From Gammaproteobacteria bacterium (GTDB lineage Bacteria > Pseudomonadota > Gammaproteobacteria > Ga0077536), in contig CAXXLL010000002.1 in NCBI GenBank assembly GCA_963662545.2, positions 1,312,001 through 1,376,000 of the forward strand: a DNA stretch of 64,000 nucleotides, written 5' to 3'. The notes under the pieces were generated by a model. That model made no database searches. It was not told the origin of the DNA and saw nothing but the letters and a program-made list of their open reading frames with translations. Shown here in pieces: positions 19,727 through 31,619 of the stretch (its first letter is position 1; every line of letters begins with the position of its first letter). A program made the translations under genes and the position numbers.

Positions 19727-21034
19727 ATGCGAAAGCTCACATTTCTCTTATTCGCTTTGGTTTTTCGACCGATCGAGGCGGCGGAAATCAAGGACGTGCG
19801 CATGTGGGCTGCGCCCGAGCGAACCCGGGTCGTCTTCGATCTCACCGAGGCGGTCGATTACCAGGTTTTCACGATCGGCAATCCCGATCGCGTGGTCATT
19901 GATTTCAAACAAACACGGTCCCCGTCCCGTCTCCGGCTTCCGATCAAGAACACCGCGCGCTTGAAAAGCTTGCGCTACGCACGGCGCGGCGAGACCGGGC
20001 TACGCGTCGTGCTGGACCTGAAAAAGCCGGTCGACGTTCGCGACTCGCTGCTGGCCCCAAACCAACAATACGGTTATCGCGTCGTGCTCGATCTGTTGTC
20101 GGGTGATGGCGAGGTCGGCGACCCGGTTAAGCCCAAACCCGCGGCCAAGCTCAAACGCAAGCACCCTGCGCCGCGATCCGAGCCGGCGCGAGACGTCGTC
20201 ATCGCCATCGACGCTGGCCATGGCGGCGACGATGTCGGCGCCATCGGACCCAGCGGGATCTACGAAAAAGACATCGTACTGGCAGTCGCCCGCGAACTTG
20301 CCGCGCGGATTGATCGCCACCTCGGCATGCGCGCCGTACTGACGCGGGGTGGTGACTACTATCTCAAACTCCGCACGCGAATGGACAAGGCGCGCGCCGC
20401 ACGCGCCGACCTGTTTATCTCGATTCATGCCGATGCGTTTCGCGACCCCCGTGTGCGCGGATCCTCGATCTACGTCCTGTCGCAGAGCGGGGCCAGCAGC
20501 GAAGCCGCCAAGTGGCTTGCCGACAATGAAAATGCTGCGGACCTGATCGGTGGCGTGACCCTCGATGACAAGGATGACGTATTAAAATCGGTGTTGCTGG
20601 ATCTCTCTCAAACCGCCTCGATCGAGGCCAGCATCGATGCGGCTAACGATGTGCTCGAATCCCTAAAGCGGCTCGGCAAGGTACACAAGAAGCGCGTACA
20701 GCATGCCGGTTTCGTCGTACTGAAATCGCCGGATATCCCATCGCTTCTGATCGAGACCGCCTACATTTCCAATCCGAGCGAGGAACGACGCCTGCGCAGT
20801 GGCGCCTACCGTCAGAGACTCGCCGGAGCGATCTTCGAAGGCATTGTCGACTACTTCGAAGAAAACGCTCCCCCGTTCTCCCGGCTCGCGCAGAATCGCA
20901 ATCACAGGGTTGCTCGCGGCGAGACGCTTTCCGGCATCGCCGTGAAGTACGACGTCAGCATCTCCAGAATCAAGCTCGCCAACAACCTCAATTCCGAGAC
21001 GCTGTGGGCCGGTAGCGTACTCAAGATACCTTAA
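19727..21034 (+). CDS. amiB: N-acetylmuramoyl-L-alanine amidase (AMIN + Amidase_3 + LysM)
   Basis: IDAGHGG, FISIHAD, LLIETAYISNP, C-terminal LysM; tsaE-ami-mutL synteny. Confidence 0.92.
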   Translation: MRKLTFLLFALVFRPIEAAEIKDVRMWAAPERTRVVFDLTEAVDYQVFTIGNPDRVVIDFKQTRSPSRLRLPIKNTARLKSLRYARRGETGLRVVLDLKKPVDVRDSLLAPNQQYGYRVVLDLLSGDGEVGDPVKPKPAAKLKRKHPAPRSEPARDVVIAIDAGHGGDDVGAIGPSGIYEKDIVLAVARELAARIDRHLGMRAVLTRGGDYYLKLRTRMDKARAARADLFISIHADAFRDPRVRGSSIYVLSQSGASSEAAKWLADNENAADLIGGVTLDDKDDVLKSVLLDLSQTASIEASIDAANDVLESLKRLGKVHKKRVQHAGFVVLKSPDIPSLLIETAYISNPSEERRLRSGAYRQRLAGAIFEGIVDYFEENAPPFSRLAQNRNHRVARGETLSGIAVKYDVSISRIKLANNLNSETLWAGSVLKIP

Positions 21035-21109
21035 AGAGTCGGAAGCGATTCCTCATCTAGTCCGCGTTCATAGCTCAGTTCTTAAGCCCCCATTTCCCAA
21101 ATACAATAA

Positions 21110-21210
21110 AAATGAACCACGAAGAACACGGAGCAAAAAAGTAAATTTTGGCAAGTTAGCAGTTCTTTTTATTCCCTTCGTGCTCTTTGTCTTCTCCGTG
21201 GTTCCATTTT
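21110..21210. repeat. Intergenic palindromic repeat (AACCACGAAGAACACG...CTCCGTGGTT type)
   Basis: Imperfect inverted repeat in AT-rich spacer between ami and mutL. Confidence 0.6.
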
Positions 21211-21300
21211 GTCTATCCGTAGTACGGTTGCCCATCGGTTCAAGCGTTTGAATCCGCGCTAGACTAAGCGGAACTTCTGACGGTATTTGGGGTTCCGATC

Positions 21301-22965
21301 ATGGGCGCGGTGCCATCTACAATCCTCCCGCTGTCCGATCATCTGATCAATCAAATCGCCGCCGGCGAGGTCATCGAGCGGCCCGCCTCCGTGGTCAAGG
21401 AACTGTTGGAGAACTGCCTCGACGCCGGCGCGCGGCGGATCGAGGTCGAACTCGGGCGCGGCGGGCTGGAGTTCATCAGCGTGAGTGACGACGGCAGCGG
21501 TATCGCGGCCGATGAAATGCAGGCTGCGCTCAGGCGCCACTGGACCAGTAAAATCAGCCGGGCGGCCGATCTAATCGGCATCGGCTCACTCGGTTTTCGC
21601 GGTGAAGCACTGGCCAGCATTGCCGCGGTCGCGGACATCGAAATCGTCTCGCGGACGATCGCCGATGATCATGCCTGGCGCGTCACAGCCGCGGCCGGGC
21701 AGCAGCCGTCCGCACCGATACCTTGGCAGGGGGCGATCGGTACGCGGGTGCGGGTGCGGGATCTTTTTCACAATGTCCCCGCGCGCCGACGCTTCCTCAA
21801 ACGACCTCGCACGGAATTTCTGCAAGCTCAGCGGGTGCTGCGGCGAACTGGATTCGCTTGTCCGGACGCGGCTCTGAGTTTCACGCAGGCGGGCAGCCGC
21901 GGGCTTCGGTTGCGGCCCGCCAACGTCGGCGAGACATCGCCGCGCTGGCGTTCGCTGTTCGGGGAGCCGTTCTGTCGGTCGGCCATTGTGGTTGATTTCG
22001 CCGTGGACGGGATTGCGGTGCATGGCTGGGTTGGCGGGCCCGACCTCGCGTCAAACACCTCGGACCTGCAATATCTGGCGATCAATGGACGTATTATCCG
22101 CGATCGACAGATCGCGCACGCGGTACGTCTGGCTTACGAAGACAGTTTGCCTACGGGGAAATTTCCAACCTATGCCCTGGCCCTGGAATTGCCGCTCGAT
22201 CAGGTCGACGTCAACGTGCATCCCGGCAAACTCGAAGTCCGGTTCGTAGCGGTTCGTTCGCTGCACGATCTTGTCTACGCCTGCGTGCGGCGAGCACTTG
22301 GAGACGGCACTGCGCTGCACCCGAGCCCAGAACCGATGGCCCAAATTGCCGGCGTCGTCGTTAGCGAAGATCACGCGCGCTACGGAACCCGCGGCGATCG
22401 AAGGCCGGCGCCGGAGGATGCGTCCGACACGTTCGGCAGGCCGCTCGCGTTGGTGGAGGACCGCTTCTTGATTTACTGGCAGGCATCGGCACTGCGCGCC
22501 CTCGATCTACGCGCGACGTGGTCGAAGATAATCGCGTGTCGATTGAAGGCTTGCGGCGGTGCGCCGGCCGTAGCCCGCCCGCTACTCATCCCGGAGCGTT
22601 TGCCGCCGGCTAGTAATGCATGGGATGACAGGCTTACCGATGGGCTGCGCGGACTCGGCTTCGACACCGATGATTTAGGTCCAAGTGGCCGCGTACTCCG
22701 GAGCGTGTCCGCGGTGCTACCGGATATCGCCGCCGATCGCTTCGTACTGGCGTTGCCGGGTGCCTTAGCCGAGAATCCTGAACTCGTCGATGCCATTGCG
22801 GCTGCGACGGCGGCCGCAATCGAGCTCGGCGAATCCGGACAGCCCTCAGGCCGCATGCTCGGTGCATTGACACGGGCCGGGACCGCGGCCGGCTGCGAAC
22901 CCACGGCTGGTGCATTCGAGATTTCAGGCATGGCGCTCAACCGATGGGCGGGCAAGCTTGACTGA
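21301..22965 (+). CDS. mutL: DNA mismatch repair protein MutL (divergent C-terminal domain)
   Basis: NQIAAGEVIERPASVVKELLEN, GFRGEALASI, VDVNVHP.K.EVRF. Confidence 0.93.
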   Translation: MGAVPSTILPLSDHLINQIAAGEVIERPASVVKELLENCLDAGARRIEVELGRGGLEFISVSDDGSGIAADEMQAALRRHWTSKISRAADLIGIGSLGFRGEALASIAAVADIEIVSRTIADDHAWRVTAAAGQQPSAPIPWQGAIGTRVRVRDLFHNVPARRRFLKRPRTEFLQAQRVLRRTGFACPDAALSFTQAGSRGLRLRPANVGETSPRWRSLFGEPFCRSAIVVDFAVDGIAVHGWVGGPDLASNTSDLQYLAINGRIIRDRQIAHAVRLAYEDSLPTGKFPTYALALELPLDQVDVNVHPGKLEVRFVAVRSLHDLVYACVRRALGDGTALHPSPEPMAQIAGVVVSEDHARYGTRGDRRPAPEDASDTFGRPLALVEDRFLIYWQASALRALDLRATWSKIIACRLKACGGAPAVARPLLIPERLPPASNAWDDRLTDGLRGLGFDTDDLGPSGRVLRSVSAVLPDIAADRFVLALPGALAENPELVDAIAAATAAAIELGESGQPSGRMLGALTRAGTAAGCEPTAGAFEISGMALNRWAGKLD

Positions 22966-23929
22966 GATTACAGCCGGCACACCGGTCGTCTTCCTCATGG
23001 GGCCGACGGGTTCGGGTAAGACGCGGATTGCGCTCGATCTGGCCGCCAGGTTTCCGATTGAAATCGTCAGCGTTGATTCCGCGCTGGTCTACCGCGGTCT
23101 CGATATCGGCACCGCGAAACCGAATCCAGACATGCGCCGGCGCGTTCCGCATCACTTGATCGATATCTGCGATCCGGCCGAGCGTTATTCTGCCGGCCGA
23201 TTCCGTGTCGATGCGCTCGCAGCGATCGATGCCATTGCGACCCGCGGGCGTCTGCCGCTGCTGGTCGGCGGTACGGGGCTTTACTTTCGCTCGCTGGAGG
23301 CAGGTATTGCCGATCTTCCGGCGGCTGATCCTGCCATCCGCGGCAAGCTCCATGCCGAACTCGACGCGTATGGTTCCGCACACCTGCACGAACGGCTCGC
23401 TCGCGTCGATCCCGCAGCCGCGCGCCGGATACACCGAAATGATCCGCAGAGACTCGTCAGGGCGCTCGAGCTGCATGCATTGACCGGACAGTCGATGTCC
23501 GAGCTTTGGCGCGGGCGGGCGCCCGCGCCTCTGTCCCACCCGATCGTGAAGATCATCGTCGCCCCGGCCGAGCGCGCCGTTCTGCACCGGCGGATTGCCG
23601 CCCGCTTTAGAACCATGCTGGAACGCGGGCTCGTCAACGAGGTCAGAGTATTGAGACGGCGCGGGGATCTGTCGCTAGATAATCCGGCGCTTCGGACCGT
23701 TGGTTACCGGGATGTCTGGCGTTATCTCGAAGGCGAGGTTTCGCGCGATGTCATGCTCGATCGCAGCGTCATCGCCACCCGTCAATTGGCCAAACGCCAA
23801 CTGACCTGGCTCAGGCGCGAAGCGCATTCGACCTGGCTGGATAGCGAGGATGTCCAAGTCGGTGAAAGGATTACGGAATTGTTACGCAAACGGGCGATTT
23901 TCAAACCCTGCGGTTATGATCTACAGTAG
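22958..23929 (+). CDS. miaA: tRNA dimethylallyltransferase
   Basis: GPTGSGKT, SVDSALVYRGLDIGTAKP, VGGTGLY, TRQLAKRQLTW; TTG start inferred. Confidence 0.96.
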   Translation: MTEITAGTPVVFLMGPTGSGKTRIALDLAARFPIEIVSVDSALVYRGLDIGTAKPNPDMRRRVPHHLIDICDPAERYSAGRFRVDALAAIDAIATRGRLPLLVGGTGLYFRSLEAGIADLPAADPAIRGKLHAELDAYGSAHLHERLARVDPAAARRIHRNDPQRLVRALELHALTGQSMSELWRGRAPAPLSHPIVKIIVAPAERAVLHRRIAARFRTMLERGLVNEVRVLRRRGDLSLDNPALRTVGYRDVWRYLEGEVSRDVMLDRSVIATRQLAKRQLTWLRREAHSTWLDSEDVQVGERITELLRKRAIFKPCGYDLQ

Positions 23930-24039
23930 ACTCCAACAACGCGATAACAAGCAAAGCGAACCGTCTGATTCCACTTATAAACCGCTGATTAAAGTAGAAT
24001 TACGACGCGACCCCGCACAAAAACAACAAGGAGATAGCC

Positions 24040-24321
24040 ATGAGTAAGGGCCAATCTTTGCAGGAACCTTATCTGAACACGCTGCGAAAGGAGCGGGTCC
24101 CGGTTTCCATTTATCTGGTCAACGGTATCAAGCTGCAAGGGCAGATCGAGTCATTTGACCAATTCGTTATCCTCCTCAGGAACGCCGTCAGCCAAATGGT
24201 CTATAAACACGCGATCTCGACGGTAGTGCCCACCAGAAACATCCGACTGCCGCGCGCTGACCAGGGCGAGGGCGAGGACCAGGGCGATGGACAGGATGCG
24301 GGGCAGGACGACGCTTCCTGA
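24040..24321 (+). CDS. hfq: RNA chaperone Hfq
   Basis: [34 protein letters not shown]. Confidence 0.99.
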   Translation: MSKGQSLQEPYLNTLRKERVPVSIYLVNGIKLQGQIESFDQFVILLRNAVSQMVYKHAISTVVPTRNIRLPRADQGEGEDQGDGQDAGQDDAS

Positions 24322-24344
24322 GCGGATCGAGAGAGTCATCGAGC

Positions 24345-25685
24345 TTGTTTGAAAGACCCGCAGGCGGAGAACGCGCGCTTCTCGTCCACGTCGACTTTAC
24401 GCAGGTTCCGGCGCCCGGCGATCTGGCCGAATTCAGCGAACTCGCCGCGTCAGCCGCGGTGGAGGCTTGCGCCACGGCCGTCGCGCGGCGCGACACCCCT
24501 CACCATCGCTTAGCCGTCGGCAGCGGCAAAGCCGACGAACTGGCGGCGCTGTGCCGTCAACATGACATCGAGGTCGTGCTTTTCAATCACGATTTGTCGC
24601 CGGCGCAGGAACGCAATCTCGAACGGATACTCGAGTGTCGGGTGGTCGACCGGACGGGATTGATCTTGGATATATTTGCTCAGCGCGCGCGTTCGTTCGA
24701 AGGCAAGCTTCAGGTCGAACTGGCGCAGCTGAAACACCTGTCGACCCGCTTGATTCGCGGGTGGACCCACCTCGAACGACAAAAGGGTGGCATCGGCTTA
24801 CGTGGACCCGGCGAGACGCAGCTCGAAACCGACCGCCGTTTGATCGGACGGCGCATCAAGCGGATCAACGAACGGCTCGGTCGTGTGAGGCGGCGGCGTC
24901 GTCAGGGCGCGCGGTCGCGCAACCGGGCGTTGCTGTCCACGGTCTCACTGGTTGGATATACCAATACCGGGAAATCGACGCTGTTCAACCGGTTGACCGG
25001 CAGCGAGGTCTACACCGCCGATCAACTCTTCGCCACGCTCGACACGACACTCAGGACCATTGACGTACCGGGCGAACATCCGCTCGTTTTGAGCGACACG
25101 GTCGGATTCATTCGCGGATTGCCGCCTGAGCTTATCGCTGCGTTCCAGGCCACGCTGGAAGAAACGCGCGACGCGAATTTGCTCATACATGTAATCGATG
25201 CCAGCAGTGAAGAGCGCGCCCTGCGCATCGCCGACGTGCAAGGCGTCCTGCAGCGGATTGGCGCGGGTGAGGTGCCGGTCCTCGAGGTATACAACAAGAT
25301 CGATCGGATCCCGGGGCGCGGCCCGGGCGTCGAGCGGGCCGCCGACGGACGGGTTCGACGGGTGTGGCTGTCGGGCTTAGACGGCGCCGGTTGCCACCTG
25401 CTGGTCGACGCGATTGCCGAATACCTCAACCAGTCAAAAGACCGGCGTTGGCTGATGATCGATGCGCCCGCCGGCCGTTTTCGGGCATTGCTCTACGAGT
25501 GCGGCGCGGTGAACGACGAAGTCGAGCTGCCACGCGGTGGGTGGGTCATGGAAGTGACCTTGTCGGATGCGCGCTGGCAGGTTTTTTCGACGACACCGGA
25601 GGTCGCCGCGCACGTCAGCGAAATCACGCGCGAGGGGGACTTGTCCGAGTTTGATCTCGAGAAGATTGAACGGGAAACCGCCTGA
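24345..25685 (+). CDS. hflX: Ribosome rescue GTPase HflX
   Basis: GPGETQLETDRR, VGYTNTGKST, LFATLD, DTVGFI. Confidence 0.97.
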   Translation: MFERPAGGERALLVHVDFTQVPAPGDLAEFSELAASAAVEACATAVARRDTPHHRLAVGSGKADELAALCRQHDIEVVLFNHDLSPAQERNLERILECRVVDRTGLILDIFAQRARSFEGKLQVELAQLKHLSTRLIRGWTHLERQKGGIGLRGPGETQLETDRRLIGRRIKRINERLGRVRRRRRQGARSRNRALLSTVSLVGYTNTGKSTLFNRLTGSEVYTADQLFATLDTTLRTIDVPGEHPLVLSDTVGFIRGLPPELIAAFQATLEETRDANLLIHVIDASSEERALRIADVQGVLQRIGAGEVPVLEVYNKIDRIPGRGPGVERAADGRVRRVWLSGLDGAGCHLLVDAIAEYLNQSKDRRWLMIDAPAGRFRALLYECGAVNDEVELPRGGWVMEVTLSDARWQVFSTTPEVAAHVSEITREGDLSEFDLEKIERETA

Positions 25686-25871
25686 GTGGTCCATCGACGG
25701 GTGCACGGCGCGCATCGAGGCGCGTACCGAGCGGCGGAAATCTCGGCAGGAGATACGGATTTTGTCCGCGCTTTCCAAAGCTTAAACGCGGTGGGCGCGA
25801 TTGAACATAGCGAACGCCACCCGTACAATCGGCGCCCTCACCCCTAATCATCATCGATACAAGAGAATTCA

Positions 25872-27008
25872 ATGGCCTGGAACGATCCTAACGGCAATGA
25901 TCGCGACCCCTGGGGTAAAGGTCGCGGTAGCCAAGGACCTCCCGATCTCGACGAGGTCGTAAAAAAAATGCAGGAAAAACTGGGCGGACTGTTCGGCGGC
26001 CGGCCCGGTGGTCCTGCCTCGTCAGGCGACAACACGCTGATATGGGGCGTCGCCGCCGTCGCGCTGGCCGGCCTGTTGGCGTGGGAAATGGTCTACCGCA
26101 TCGAACCGGCGGAACGCGGGGTGGTGTTGCGCTTCGGAGAATATGTCACGACTTTGCAGCCCGGGCCTCACATCCGCTTCCCGCGGCCCATCGAAGAAGT
26201 GATCAAGGTCAACGTCGAACGCATCCAGACGGTGACCTCTTCTTCGGCAATGCTCACGGGCGACGAAAACATCGTTAACGTTGAACTAGCGGTGCAATAC
26301 CGTATCAAGGAAGTGAAGGATTACCTGTTCGAGATCGTCGATCCGGACGTCTCGGTCCAGCGCGTGACGGAATCGGCGATCCGCGACATCATCGGCGGGA
26401 CTACGCTGAGCTTCGTGATCACCGAAGGCCGCGCGGAGATAGCGGCCGGCGCCGAGTCGTCGATTCAGACGATTCTGGATGCCTACCAGTCCGGAATCGA
26501 CGTCACCAGCGTCAACATGCAGCCGGCGAAACCTCCGGAAGAAGTCAAAGCGGCGTTTGACGACGCCATCAAGGCGCGCGAAGACGAACAGCGCAAGGTG
26601 AACGAGGCGGAAGCCTATCGCAAAGAAGTGGTGGAACGCATGGCCGGCGAGGCCGCCCGCGTCCGGCTCGAGTCCGAAGGCTACCGGGAGCAGGTGATCG
26701 CACAGTCCGCGGGTGAGGCGAAACGGTTTTCCCTATTGTTAACTGAATACGAAAAAGCACCGGAAGTGACGCGCCGGCGCCTGTTTCTCGAAGCGATCGA
26801 AGATGTCATGGCCGACAGCACTAAGGTCATCATGGACAACAAGAGCGGCAGCAGCCTGATGTACCTGCCGCTGGACAAGATCCTCGAGCAGTCCAATCGC
26901 TCGTCGGGCGCGCTGCGCGACAGTGGGCCCGAATCGCGGCCATTCTCGCCGCCGGCCCAAGACAGCCAGCGTGAGCTGCGCGGCGGTAGAACCAGAGGGG
27001 CGCGTTGA
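25872..27008 (+). CDS. hflK: FtsH modulator HflK
   Basis: MAWN...DPWG...PPDLDE, SPFH domain, MYLPLDK. Confidence 0.97.
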   Translation: MAWNDPNGNDRDPWGKGRGSQGPPDLDEVVKKMQEKLGGLFGGRPGGPASSGDNTLIWGVAAVALAGLLAWEMVYRIEPAERGVVLRFGEYVTTLQPGPHIRFPRPIEEVIKVNVERIQTVTSSSAMLTGDENIVNVELAVQYRIKEVKDYLFEIVDPDVSVQRVTESAIRDIIGGTTLSFVITEGRAEIAAGAESSIQTILDAYQSGIDVTSVNMQPAKPPEEVKAAFDDAIKAREDEQRKVNEAEAYRKEVVERMAGEAARVRLESEGYREQVIAQSAGEAKRFSLLLTEYEKAPEVTRRRLFLEAIEDVMADSTKVIMDNKSGSSLMYLPLDKILEQSNRSSGALRDSGPESRPFSPPAQDSQRELRGGRTRGAR

Positions 27009-27009
27009 A

Positions 27010-27870
27010 ATGGCGGCACGTATCGGCATAGCGCTGGCTTTGGTAATAGGGCTGATCTACTTGAGCGCGTTTCGCGTGTACGAGTACGAGCATGCAATCC
27101 TGTTCCAGCTCGGCAAGATTCAGCGTTTCGACTACGAACCGGGCCTGTATTTCAAGATTCCGTTCGTGCAGAACGTCAAGACGTTCGACAAACGCCTGCA
27201 GACGCTCGATGCGGAGCCCCAGCGGTACCTCACGGGCGAGAAGAAAGACCTCATCGTTGATTCCTTCGTGCGCTGGAAAATCGCCGATGTCGTACAGTTC
27301 TTCAAGGCGACAGATGGTGATCCGCGCCGCGCGGGACTTCTGCTGTACCAGAAAGTCAACGACAGTTTGCGCAGCGAATTCGGTCAGCGCACGGTGCAGG
27401 AAGTCGTCTCCGGAGAGCGCGGCGTGATTATGGATATCGTCACCCGCACCGCCAATGAACGCGGCCGCGACCTGGGGATGGAAATCGTTGACGTGCGCTT
27501 GAAACGGATCGATCTGCCGACTGAGGTCAGCGGTAATGTTTACGAACGCATGCGGTCCGAGCGCTCGCGCGTCGCGCGGGAATTCCGAGCCCGCGGGGAG
27601 AAAAAGGCCATCACGATTCGCGCAGATGCCGATCGCCAGCGTACCGTCATTTCGGCAGAAGCCTACCGCGACGCCGAGGAACTTCGCGGCGACGGAGACG
27701 CTCGTTCCGCCGCAATTTACGCGGAAGCATACAACAGGGATCCCGAATTCTACGATTTCTACCGCAGCCTGAACGCGTACCGGTCGAGCTTTAGGGGCAA
27801 AGAGAATGTGCTGTTGCTCTCACCGGATTCGGACTTCTTCAAGTACTTCGGCGATCCGGGTGGGGGCTAG
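27010..27870 (+). CDS. hflC: FtsH modulator HflC
   Basis: PGLYFKIPF, DVRLKRIDLP, FYDFYRSL.AY, SPDSDFFKY. Confidence 0.97.
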   Translation: MAARIGIALALVIGLIYLSAFRVYEYEHAILFQLGKIQRFDYEPGLYFKIPFVQNVKTFDKRLQTLDAEPQRYLTGEKKDLIVDSFVRWKIADVVQFFKATDGDPRRAGLLLYQKVNDSLRSEFGQRTVQEVVSGERGVIMDIVTRTANERGRDLGMEIVDVRLKRIDLPTEVSGNVYERMRSERSRVAREFRARGEKKAITIRADADRQRTVISAEAYRDAEELRGDGDARSAAIYAEAYNRDPEFYDFYRSLNAYRSSFRGKENVLLLSPDSDFFKYFGDPGGG

Positions 27871-28032
27871 GAGCCTGTATGGCATAGGAAATCGTAGCGA
27901 GGCGAGGGGGAAATCGAGGACGCCTTTTCGATCATTTGAGGCGAATAGTGGTGACTATTTAACGAAGATGATCGAAAAGATGGACCGATTTCCCGCCGCC
28001 GCGGTAGATTCATCCTATGCCATACAGGCTCC
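27870..28032. mobile_element. MITE family B copy 1, inserted at the hflC TAG stop
   Basis: IR GGAGCCTGTATGGCATAGGA...TCCTATGCCATACAGGCTCC flanked by TA. Confidence 0.85.
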
Positions 28033-28086
28033 TAGGAGCCGCGGCGAGTATCTCTGCCGTCATTCGCCCAGCGTCTGAGCGCAGTC

Positions 28087-28272
28087 GTGTGGCAGGATAT
28101 CCTGACGGCCGTCGCACTTCTTCTCGTATTTGAAGGCGTCATGCCATTCTTGAGTCCCGCGCAATTTCGCAAAACCCTGTTAGCCGTCTCACAGATGAAC
28201 GATTCGACATTACGAGTGGTCGGTCTGGCCAGTATGTTCGGCGGCCTCGTGTTGTTGTACGTGGTGCGATGA
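28087..28272 (+). CDS. yjeT: DUF2065 membrane protein
   Basis: MWQDILTAVALLLVFEG.MPFLSP; synteny after hflC. Confidence 0.9.
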   Translation: MWQDILTAVALLLVFEGVMPFLSPAQFRKTLLAVSQMNDSTLRVVGLASMFGGLVLLYVVR

Positions 28273-28275
28273 ACC

Positions 28276-29463
28276 GTGGCTGATCAAAATCGCTGGTTGT
28301 TACCTGACGGCGTCGATGAAGTGCTGCCGCCGCGTGCGCGCACGCTCGAGGATCTGAGGCGTAAACTGCTCGATATTTTCGATCGGTGGGGATACGAACT
28401 GGTCATGCCCCCGATCGTCGAGTACCTCGATTCGCTGCTTTCCGGTATCGGTGAAGACCTCGATTTACAGACCTTCAAACTCATCGATCAACTCAGCGGC
28501 CGCCTGATGGGCGTACGCGCCGACATCACGCCGCAAATTGCGCGCATCGACGCACACCGGATGGTCTCCGAAGCGCCGCAACGCTTCTGTTATGTCGGAC
28601 CGGTGGTCCACACCTTGCCGGACAAGTTTGCCGGATCGCGAAACCCGCTGCAGATAGGAGCGGAACTCTACGGGCACACCGGTATCGAGAGTGACGCGGA
28701 GATCATCGCCTTGTTGCTCGAGGTATTGCGCGCAGCAAATGTTCCTGACGTCACCCTTGAACTCGGACATATGGGCCTGTTTCAGGCGATCTTCGAGCAG
28801 GCGCAGTTTGACGACGCGTTCGAATCGAAAGTGCTCGAATTGCTCCTCAAGAAAGACGCAACCGGTTTGCGCGAATTACTCGCGGATACTGAATTTTCGG
28901 AAGACGTTAATCGCCACCTCCTGGCGTTGACAGACCTGCACGGTGGGCATGATGTGATCGAGCAGGCGCGCGCCGCACTTGCCCGGGCGCCGGCATCCGT
29001 GGGGCAGGCCCTGGATGACATCGAGAATCTCGTCAGACTGGTTCGCAATCGCGTGGCCGATGTCGACGTCCACCTCGATTTCGCCGAACTTCGCGGATAC
29101 CGTTATCACACGGGCATCATGTTTGCCGCCTACACGCCTGACGTGGGCCGGGCGATTGCCTGGGGCGGACGATACGATAATATCGGGAAATCTTTTGGCC
29201 GCCTGCGCTCAGCCACGGGCTTTAGTACCGATCTGAAAGCTTTGGCACTGCTGAGCGCGGAAAAGTCAGTGAGACTGCCGCGAATCTTTGCTCCCGCGGG
29301 CAGCGAGTCGGATCTACTGAAAGCGATGGCGGAATATCGAAGCGCCGGTTATACCGTGATTCAGGGATTGCCCGGTCAGTTCGGCGGCGCATCGGAGCTG
29401 GGCTGCGATCAGGAAATGACGAATGCAAGCGGGACCTGGCAGCTTGATGACGTCAACGGCTAA
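28276..29463 (+). CDS. hisZ: ATP phosphoribosyltransferase regulatory subunit
   Basis: RWLLPDGVDEVLP, RADITPQIARID, Y.YHTG, GGRYD. Confidence 0.95.
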   Translation: MADQNRWLLPDGVDEVLPPRARTLEDLRRKLLDIFDRWGYELVMPPIVEYLDSLLSGIGEDLDLQTFKLIDQLSGRLMGVRADITPQIARIDAHRMVSEAPQRFCYVGPVVHTLPDKFAGSRNPLQIGAELYGHTGIESDAEIIALLLEVLRAANVPDVTLELGHMGLFQAIFEQAQFDDAFESKVLELLLKKDATGLRELLADTEFSEDVNRHLLALTDLHGGHDVIEQARAALARAPASVGQALDDIENLVRLVRNRVADVDVHLDFAELRGYRYHTGIMFAAYTPDVGRAIAWGGRYDNIGKSFGRLRSATGFSTDLKALALLSAEKSVRLPRIFAPAGSESDLLKAMAEYRSAGYTVIQGLPGQFGGASELGCDQEMTNASGTWQLDDVNG

Positions 29464-29467
29464 ATAG

Positions 29468-30804
<1,337 letters not shown>

Positions 30805-30805
<1 letters not shown>

Positions 30806-30965
30806 CAGGCTGTCGGAATTAGGGAATCGTAGCGAGGCGGTTGGGAAAGCCGTCCAGATGTGTCATGGTTTGAGGCGAATAGTGGGTCTATTTAACGATA
30901 ACCATGGCGCATCTGGACGGCTTTCCCAACGCCCAAGTCAATTCTTCCTAAGTCCGACAGCCTGC
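30805..30965. mobile_element. MITE family B copy 2, inserted at the purA TAG stop
   Basis: IR GCAGGCTGTCGGA.TTAGG...CCTAAGTCCGACAGCCTGC flanked by TA; internal AATCGTAGCGAGGCG and TTTGAGGCGAATAGTGG shared with 27870 copy. Confidence 0.85.
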
Positions 30966-30979
30966 TAATTCAAACATTC

Positions 30980-31561
30980 ATGGCGACAGAAGAGCCCATC
31001 AAGCAGATTATCGACTGGCTGGGTGCGGCCGAAAAGAAGGAACCGAGCGATCCCGGCGCGATGTCCATAGCAACCGTCGGTGCCAACGGCCGTCCTTCTT
31101 TGCGCATGGTGTTGTTGCGCGGCATTGACGAACGCGGGCTCGTCTTCTATACCAATCTAGCCAGCGGCAAAGCAGTCGAAATTCGAACCAACCCCTGGGT
31201 CGCTCTGTGTCTGCACTGGAAGTCGACAGATCGCCAGGTGCGCGTTGAGGGCCGCGCCGAACTCGTCAGCGAAGCCGAAGCCGACGCGTATTTCGCCTCG
31301 CGCGACCGCGAATCTCAGATCGGTGCCTGGGCCTCGAAGCAATCGCAACCGCTAGTGGGCCGTTTCAAGCTCGAGCGCCGCGTAGCGACATTCGCCGCCC
31401 GGTACGCGATAAGTTCGGTGCCGCGGCCGGATTTCTGGTCCGGCTACCGGGTGGTGCCCGAGCGCGTCGAATTCTGGGAAAAGCGTCCGTTTCGTTTGCA
31501 CGAGCGGACGTTGTACGAACGCGAGGGGGACGCTTGGGCGGTCAGCCGACTTTATCCTTGA
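30980..31561 (+). CDS. pdxH: Pyridoxamine 5'-phosphate oxidase
   Basis: PSLRMVLLR, FYTN..S.K, SQIGAWAS.QS, EFW....RLHER. Confidence 0.95.
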   Translation: MATEEPIKQIIDWLGAAEKKEPSDPGAMSIATVGANGRPSLRMVLLRGIDERGLVFYTNLASGKAVEIRTNPWVALCLHWKSTDRQVRVEGRAELVSEAEADAYFASRDRESQIGAWASKQSQPLVGRFKLERRVATFAARYAISSVPRPDFWSGYRVVPERVEFWEKRPFRLHERTLYEREGDAWAVSRLYP

Positions 31562-31619
31562 AAAACCCTCGATACCGCTTGCGTCGGGTGCTAGCCCGTA
31601 CCGGCGACTGATCCTTGCA

